Of a stretch of DNA of 64,000 nt, positions 56,217 to 64,000 are shown piece after piece (positions within the stretch are counted from its first letter, which is position 1; every line of letters begins with the position of its first letter). Origin of the DNA: Pseudovirgaria hyperparasitica (lineage: Eukaryota); NCBI GenBank assembly GCA_010093815.1, contig ML996587.1; one strand, 5' to 3'. The notes under the pieces were generated by a model, which was not told where the DNA came from, searched no databases, and was given only the letters and a program-made list of their open reading frames with translations. The translations under genes were made by a program, and so were the position numbers.

Positions 56217-57805
56217 AAAAAAACTTCTCACACCCTAACGGACTAAACTAGTTAATTCGGGGCAAAACAGCGATTTACATACATTAAACGATAGAGTATA
56301 CTAAGTATAATAACCTCCGACACACGTGTGTACGTATAGTATATAATACGCGACGATACCGACGTATAGAGACACTATATATAGTTACTTAAAGACTCTT
56401 TAATAACACGAGTATAGACTATATCTAATAAACGCCGATATGCTAACCCCCTTTTATTAGTTAAGGGCTACCCGTAACTAATAACCATGGCGGCCTTAGG
56501 CATTATAATACCCTAGTATACGCCGGATATACCCCTACTAGTATAGTAGAAACGGCTATATAGCGATATTAATATAGATAGCTAGATACCTATCTAAAAT
56601 ATAGAAACTAACTAAGGGTATAAAGTACTATAGATAACCTAGACCGAGGGGACCCTGAGAGGGGAGACTCTCCTAGATAAAATTAAATACTAGGTAATAC
56701 GTATAGAGAGGGACGCCGAGAAGGGAAAGAAGACCCTTCTTTATATATTCCGGGACCTTATCCGGAACCTAAGAGGAATTATAGAGGAAGAAAGGAAGTC
56801 GCTATAAGAGGAACCTAGTAGTAGACTTAACCGAATAGAAGCTAGTCTACGGAGAATCTAGGAAGAGCTATTCTAAGGTAAGCGCCCTAATACGTGGGCT
56901 TAGATTATAGTAATACCCGGAGCCACCGCACTAAGGACTACTAGGACCATAGATAGAGCATATAGTATATATATTATAATCTAGGATAAGGACACGCTAG
57001 CGTAGGTCTAATAGATATCCCTAAAGGAAATTATAAATAAGATTAATAAATAGAAAGGAATATAGTTAAGCGTCGTGGCTACTAAAGTTACACTAGATAG
57101 AGTAGTACTTACTACTATAATAAATACTACGTAGTAAAACATCTCGCGAGATCCGAATATAATAGGTAGTATCTTCCCTAGCGCGTCTATTAGGGTAGCT
57201 ATATACCCGATTATAGTATACGTAGTACCCGTGTAGGGATAGACTATCGGAGCGGAGGATATTACGCGTATAGAATAATCTAACACGCGAAAATACCTAG
57301 GGATTAAGATTGTAAAAGCGTAGTAGAAGAACCTATAGGCGATTAAGACGACGGCGAAAAAACACTCTACTATAATTATAGAGCTCCGAGACCCCGCCCT
57401 TATATAATATATTATATAGGAGGGATTCCTAATAGAAGAAGAGCTCCTTATAGCCGAGCCATAGAATAGAGTATAGATAATAATATAGTACTTTAACTAT
57501 TAAGGGTATAGATATACTATATAAAGGTACTTATAGAAGACTAAGTACGGATAGTACTATAGAGACTACGCTATATAGAAGTACCCTTATAAACCACGAG
57601 GAGACGGACTAAGAAATAGGGACATAGTATAGTATTTAAACTACGACGAGAAACACCCGTTATGGTCGTTAACGTATATAAAACGTAAATAGATTATAGA
57701 ATACATTCATATAATAAAAGCGAGAGGCGCGAGATAGTTATAGAATATAATACCTACTATAAGCCCTTCCTTTATAATACCCCTAACCTCCCCTCCGGAA
57801 GGTAG
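56217..57805 (+). mobile_element. 5' part of a Tad1-like LINE (L4), interrupted by Gypsy family D
   Basis: Near-identical to 11623-13208; homology stops at CCGGAAGGTAG, where the LTR begins. Confidence 0.9.
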
Positions 57806-60800
57806 TATGGTAAGCTATCGCCACGTATATCCCTTTTTATAAATGGCTATGTTCTTAGTATAGTAGTCGCGACGAACTCACAAGTATCTCTTCTAGGTAT
57901 TATAAGTTCTCTTTGAACGCACGACTTCTTATTAGTTCTCTTTTATAATAGGACGGGTCTATATAATACTCTTAATTAATTCTTTAATAGCTAAGCCTAA
58001 TAATCAATACCTATAGAGGCCTATGAACGTAAGAAAAGGTCGAATTATCGAATATTAGTGATGGGGGAAGCATGCCGAGTAGAATGACCGAGGAAAATGC
58101 CCTCCTTAAATATATAATAAAGCCATGTAATCGAGCTAGGGACACATACATATAGGGCTATAGGAGCGGCCTTCCATATATACCTCCCCGGCCTATAGAA
58201 CTACTACCCTTAGTAGTATAGTAACCGTGTAAGAAACCGTGTAAAGAACGCCTAAAAGAAAGACCTTAATATGAATAAAATGCGCCCCTAGTAAACCTCT
58301 CGGCGCGGGTAAACCTTAGCCCGGATTATTAGTTAAGGGCAGCCCTTAACTAATAATTAGGTAGGCTTTCAGGCGCCTAATCTTAGTACTCGAGGTCGCG
58401 AGCCAGCTTCTAAAGAATTATATCACTTATCTTAGAGAGGTTAGATTCCTCCTCGTCGGATAGTTTATTAGACCTCTCCTATCCGTAGAAGTTCTCTTTA
58501 ATATTATCTAGGCCCGCGTCGGGCTCGAATTTCTTAAAATTAATTAGCCGCTTAGCGGCGCGCGCCTCGTTAAATTCCTTCTAGAATAACCTATCCCCAT
58601 AGACTAGCTTTTCCTACCTTACTATTTTCTTAAAGGTCTCCACGAATACCCTCGAGCCCTCCTTAAACTAGGCGTCTACCTTAGCTTTAAGTTATTAAGG
58701 ACTTACGTTAAGCCACGTAGCTACCTCTTCTTTTACCTTCTAGCTATTCTATCTTTTACGGCCGACTAATACGTTACTAACGGCGTTAAAACTCGGGAGT
58801 TAAACTACGGCTAGGAAGGTAAAAGGAATCGCGCTATATTTATTAGAAAATCCTAACGGAGACGTAGGTCCCGGAGTTAAATTCCTATAAGCTACTACGA
58901 GTTATTCCTATGTACCTATTTTAGGTACTTCTATTATTATATAATTAGGGCTAATCGTAATATACCATGGAAGCATCGTACGTCTTCCACCCTTTACGGG
59001 ACCCTAGGCGCCGTATATTATTAGTAGGCTAGAGATGCGTACTTTAAGGGACTAGTAGGGGACCGGAACGAAGGGACTAAATCGTTTCCTATTATCTATA
59101 TTATAGATCTTATCGTTAATAGCCGTAATTATACTGTTTCGATTGACCCCCTCGCGGAGCTTAGCCTTCGACTACTATTTATTTAAGAACTTATAGAAGC
59201 GGGGAACGATTATAGTATAGTCGTCACTTCGTTCATCGTCGAGACTAATACTCCCCTAGATTATATTAAACCCGTGTCTATCGCTAGGATCGAGGATTCG
59301 ATTGATAGCGTTATTAAGATACTTAAAACCCGTCTTATTGCCCCTATCCTAGGACTTCGCATAGTACGGGTATAAGATTAGATAGTAGTTAAGATCGGGC
59401 CGAAGAGCGATATAGGTAAGCTAGTAAAGTAGGTATTACCTAATAAACTATTAGATATAGGAGTGGTATATAGTTCGTAGCTAGCCGTAGTTCGATTTCT
59501 TATTAAATATACGCTAGTAGTACTTATATATATTAAATTCATCCCTCGCGAGTTCTAGGATACTCTTATTAAGTATAGAGGTCGTCTTTTTAAGTGGCTC
59601 GAAGAGCCCTTTAATATTAATACTTCTAGTACGTTCCCACTTATCGAAGAGTTACCTACCTATTCTACCGTCCTCCTTCTAAATTATAAATATAATACTA
59701 GTAAGAATGGTTTTAATATTAATAACTTACTTCGGGGTCTCTAGGGCCTAGTAACGATAGACATCTAATGCCTCTATCGGATAAGGTAGCCGCGCGTACT
59801 TCGCGAACTAGGTATAGCGGTCCTTATAAACTTTAAGGGCCCCCACGTTATCTCTAAACTCATATACTATTTTAAGTCTCGCTACTAGGTTCAAGTAGGA
59901 CACGCTAACGAGTATATTATTCTTTCTAGCCACGTCTTAGTAATGCTTATAGTAGACTTTATACGGAATAGCCATATTACCTATCTACGCTTTCTAGCGC
60001 ACTAGTAGGGCCATTCCCTTAATGCTCGTAAAATTCTTCTTTAATAATATAGCTACCTTAAAAGTCTTCGTTACTAAAGGCGCGTATTAATACTTCTTAG
60101 GCTCGTCCTCTTCCTCGACCGATACTATTATCTTAGGGTATGAACTAAGAATAACCGGGGATTATTATATAGGCGCCCCTAGTAATTACTAAGGGCTGGT
60201 AGATAAGGCACGTCCGCGAGTAGGTTTTATCGGCGTGGCCGTAATAGGTACTAAAGAGGTTCTTACATAGCCCGGTAAGGGACGTTTACTAGTAGTAGTA
60301 GGAGGAATACTTACTTTAAACGGACGACTAGCTTCGAAGAGACGATATACTACTAAACTAGAAGGCGTGCTTCGTGGAGGGGACTTCACCGTAGGCGTTA
60401 CCTATACTAGTTTTAGCGATGGTAAGGTCTAAGGCGGAGGCGATGTACTTATCTCTTTAATTTATAGATAGTATTTAACGGGCCTATAAACCATTCTACT
60501 TATCCGTGACTATTAACTAGCGGGGATAATAAGTCCCGTCTTATTATAGAACGTTAGTTTATTTTATCGGCTAGGGTAGTTCGAGAGTTACTAGAGAGAT
60601 AGACCGTCCTCGTTACTATCGCTAGCTAGGGTAGTATTGATATTAGAGCTCTAAAGATATACCTTGATTCCCCTTCCCTTCTATCCCTAGCCGATTCGGG
60701 ACTATAGGGATGCATTTAACTAGTTCCTCGCTCTCGCCTATGTCCGCACTCGTAAGAGCGCTACTAGCTTTTCTATAAAGTTCTATATTTACTAGAGCTG

Positions 60801-61074
60801 TCCGAGGGCGGATTAGAGTAACTAGCCGTTATTATTAGGGAGGTCTTTTCGCTAGTTTTATAGGATTGTATTTTTAGCTTTTAGGATGCGGGAGTTAGTG
60901 TCTCTTCCACGACGAATTATCTTATAGACTTCTTTCGGAATAGAGGAGTTAATCTTTGCCTTACTATACTCTATTACGGCTCCTACTTCCTAGAAGAGGT
61001 TAACTATACTACTGAAGAGCTATTCTATAAGGCTGGTGATGTAAAGGAGATTATTAAACGTGTCTAGAATATAG
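57806..61074 (-). mobile_element. 3' end of a Gypsy family D element: 3' LTR 57806-58178, PPT, palindrome and a large accessory ORF
   Basis: 373-bp LTR is the reverse complement of 61075-61447. PPT GGGGAGG lies immediately inside it (58183-58189). Confidence 0.85.
58383..61074 (-). pseudogene. RIP-mutated accessory ORF: coiled-coil-like and Pro/Ser/Thr-rich N-terminal part plus a putative 2OG-Fe(II) dioxygenase (PhyH-like) domain
   Basis: One frame translated by hand over about 58383-60120, with TAA/TAG stops only. De-RIPed motifs: GWLRTMYHS, LRPD..LISYPYYAK, TGFKHLD, NMIQGSISLDDE..DDCT.IVP.FH, VRIS.P..HGA.GP, RRTMLPW. Confidence 0.7.
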
Positions 61075-64000
61075 TATAGAAGGCCGCTCCTACAGCCCTA
61101 CATGTATGTGTCCCTAGCTCGATTACATGGCTTCATTGTATATTTAAGGAGGGCGTTTTCCTCGGTCATTCTGCTCGGCACGCTTCCCCCATCACTAATA
61201 TTCGACGATTCGACCTTTCCTTATGTTTATAGGCCTCTATAGGTATTGATTATTAGGCTTAGCTATTGAAGAATTGATTAAGAGTATTATATAGACCCGT
61301 CCTATCGTAAAAGAGAACTAATAAGAAGTTATACGTTCAAAGAGAACTTATAATACCTAGGAGAGATACTTATAAGTTCGTCGCGACTACTATACTAAGA
61401 ATATAGCTATTTATAAAAAGGGACACACGTAGCGATAGCTTACTATAATTTTAGAGGTCGTACCTAGACTACGAACTTATAGGGGGAGATTAGAACTCCG
61501 AAACTAGCTTAGGGGAAGTATATAGCGTGTCTAATAAGGTAGTCTAGACTTACTAGATTAAAGCCACGAGTCCGGAAAACAGGGAGTCTAGAGTCGCTAG
61601 GGGCTAGCCTCTTAAAAGTAGCCGTAAAAAGCATGCGTATACTAATATAGGTGATAGCGCGACTCGAAAATGTCTTAGGGGAATAGAATATAAAATAGGG
61701 CTAGATGAAGTAGCAAAGAAGAGTTCAAAAACGATAAATATAACCTGTTTAGTACTACTATAGCTATTATTTATAAACACGGCTACACGAGTATACTACT
61801 TTAGGAACGCCTTACACGAAGATAATAATATAAGTAGGATACCGTAAACCTTATATCGATAAAGACGATAGTAATAGTTTACCTTATAAAGGGATTAATT
61901 AATATAGAGAAGGGATAATAGGTGTTATAGGTAGACGTATTGGGCCAACCTTTAGTTAAGGTAATCCCTTAACTAATAACCTTACCCCTAGCGTCTCCAC
62001 TAGTACACCTACTACTAGTAATAGTGCGATAGGAGCTTAAAATAACGACCTAGTAACTCGTAGAGAGATACTTAACTTCTTCGTAGTATTTGCGCGATAA
62101 GGAAGGATGGTACCTCTATCTACCCTAGCCCCCGAGCGCTTTAAAGGAATAAATATTCTAGCCTTCCTTCGGAAGTACGAGGACATATATATAAACTATA
62201 AAGTTCCGCCTAATAAGAAGATAACCTCCCTACCGTTATACTACGAGGACCATCTCTATCCTACTATTAAAGGAATAAGTGGGTTTTAGAAATAGTAGTG
62301 GGCCACGCTACGTAAAGAATTATTAAAGGAATTCTCTCTATTTAACTCCGCCCTCAAGGAAGGCACTATCTACTTTGTCCGAAAATACGTGGAAATGGTT
62401 AAAGTAGACCCATTCTACTCTCTCTCTATATACTACTCCCGGTATCGTGTTATTACGGAGAAACTTACGGCTAAAGGAAGCCTAAGCTCGTATTCGCGAA
62501 TAGAGCTCTTCCTAGAAGGGCTGCCTAATAGTCTTAAGGCTCGGGCTATAGAGAAATATTAACTTACGATGGAAGCATATAGTTATAACTAGGTAATTAT
62601 CTATGGCTTCGTATTATAAAAGGCTAGAGCACTTAAGGAACTAGCTCGTATTAATAAGTACTTAGCCGCATAAGAGCTGGCCATAGCCATATACTATAAA
62701 TTAAAGATAGGGAGTAAGAAGACTAGCTTAGAAGAGTAGTCATATAAAGAAAGAAGAACTAATGAATTTAGCCACCCCTCTCTAGTCGAAGTACACGTTA
62801 CGCTAGAATCGGATAAGTTTAACGAGATGGTAGAGAGATTTAGTAAACTAGACCTCACGTTAATTAAGATAAAGTCCTACTTTACCTCTAATCCCTTATT
62901 TCTATCCCTTAAGAAGTACGAACCTAAGCTACTTTTGGCTATTATTAACTAGTAGACGCGAAGGCTAAATCTTTTAACACACCCCTAAGTACGAGGCATA
63001 CCTATAGAACTAACGTAAGTTTATCCATAGAATTATATATAGAATAGAGAATACGTCTCTACCCGAGACTTCTAAGGAGGCGTTATAGCCTAGGATAGGC
63101 CTTAAAGACCGATCGTGTATATTACGTACGGAGGAGATTACCTAATATATAGATACCCGGAGATAGTAGAATATATTAGAGACGAATTACTAAATATTAA
63201 CGGGGTATAAGTATTCTAAGGGCGTTTCGGGGCGAACGGAGAAGAAATCCCATTACTACCCTCCTTAGTAGGGCTATAAGCTACTCTATAAGCTATCCGG
63301 AACTACGTAGTAACGGTTTAAAACGGCCTAAGCTAGTACGGAAGGGGAGTAAAGGTTTCCACGTCTATAGTAAATATTAACGCTTTATAGGGAGTACTAG
63401 TATATAGTATTAGTATAAAACCTACGAAGGGTCCCTACTAGGCCTCGGCGGATAGCAATTCGGAAGAAGAAGTTACGTCGCCCGAGAGTAAGAAAGATAG
63501 ATATATAGAATTCTACGAACGCTTCGACGTAGCTAGTAATAGATATATCCGCGAGGAGATAGCCCTAGAAGAGCCCGCTATACTCGTAATATCTAGAAGG
63601 GGGATCACGAAGAGTACACCTAATTATACTAAGGAAAGAAAGATTACCTATCTCCGCGGAATGCGTAAAGGGTAGTATATAAGGATTATCGAGGAATAGG
63701 AGGACGGTAAAAAGAGTAGTAACTAGGGAACGTCTAAATAAGAGCTAACGGCGCCTAAGAATAAGATAGATAAAGGGGATAGCCTAAATCCTAGTTAAAA
63801 GGCACGTATCCGAGACGTTAAGCTTAATAACTATCTACGCGAGGGATAGTGGCTAAGTATAGAAGCTAGCGAAGCATAGCTAGTGCGCGTTCTAGGGATA
63901 ACTATAAATATTACCATTAGTAAACTATTAAGCCTTAATAGCGACTTACGTCGTGCGGTATTCGAGAAGGGCGCCCCCGACTTTATAGCTAGAGAGGTCC
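61075..64000 (+). mobile_element. 5' part of a second Gypsy family D element, continuing beyond the window
   Basis: 5' LTR 61075-61447. PBS-like TAGAGGTCGTACC (TGGAGGTCGCACC de-RIPed, tRNA-Gln-like by inference). gag follows. Confidence 0.85.
62107..64000 (+). pseudogene. Gypsy gag relic
   Basis: APERFKGINILAFLRKYED N-terminus typical of fungal Gypsy gag; RIPed zinc knuckle YITYGGDYLIYRY (=CX2CX3HX4C) about 63118-63156. Confidence 0.75.

Noticed and set aside
59679..59730. Apparent GTAAGT...TTTAG intron in the dioxygenase-like ORF
   Set aside because: The frame reads through once TAA/TAG are reverted, and splicing would shift it.
57806..61447. DNA transposon or DIRS element with long terminal inverted repeats
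   Set aside because: The repeats behave as LTRs (PPT beside one, PBS and gag beside the other). There is no TSD around the pair (GGTAG versus ATTTT) and no transposase or tyrosine recombinase motif.

Overview
Filamentous ascomycete (Pezizomycotina-like) genomic DNA with several N gaps. It is dominated by nested retrotransposons carrying the signature of repeat-induced point mutation (RIP): TpA excess, CpA/TpG loss, and TAA/TAG stops at former Gln/Trp codons. One unmutated island of about 3.5 kb holds two convergent intron-containing host genes: mitochondrial ribosomal protein MRPL25 (mL59) and a GH47 alpha-1,2-mannosidase (MNS1-like). The rest resolves, using LTRs and target-site duplications (TSDs), into at least four Ty3/Gypsy families (labelled A, B, D, E here), a full-length Ty1/Copia plus a solo LTR, six Tad1-like LINE copies or fragments, and a tRNA-headed SINE. 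The most notable signals are: (1) a large ORF next to the PPT and 3' LTR of a Gypsy element that, after manual RIP reversal, reads as a 2OG-Fe(II) dioxygenase-like protein; (2) a 31-bp palindrome shared by the UTRs of unrelated LINE and LTR elements; (3) a tRNA-derived SINE with a LINE-like tail; (4) an antisense spliced Cys-rich gene inside Gypsy family A. Coordinates were counted by eye, and protein identities come from motif recognition, not database searches.
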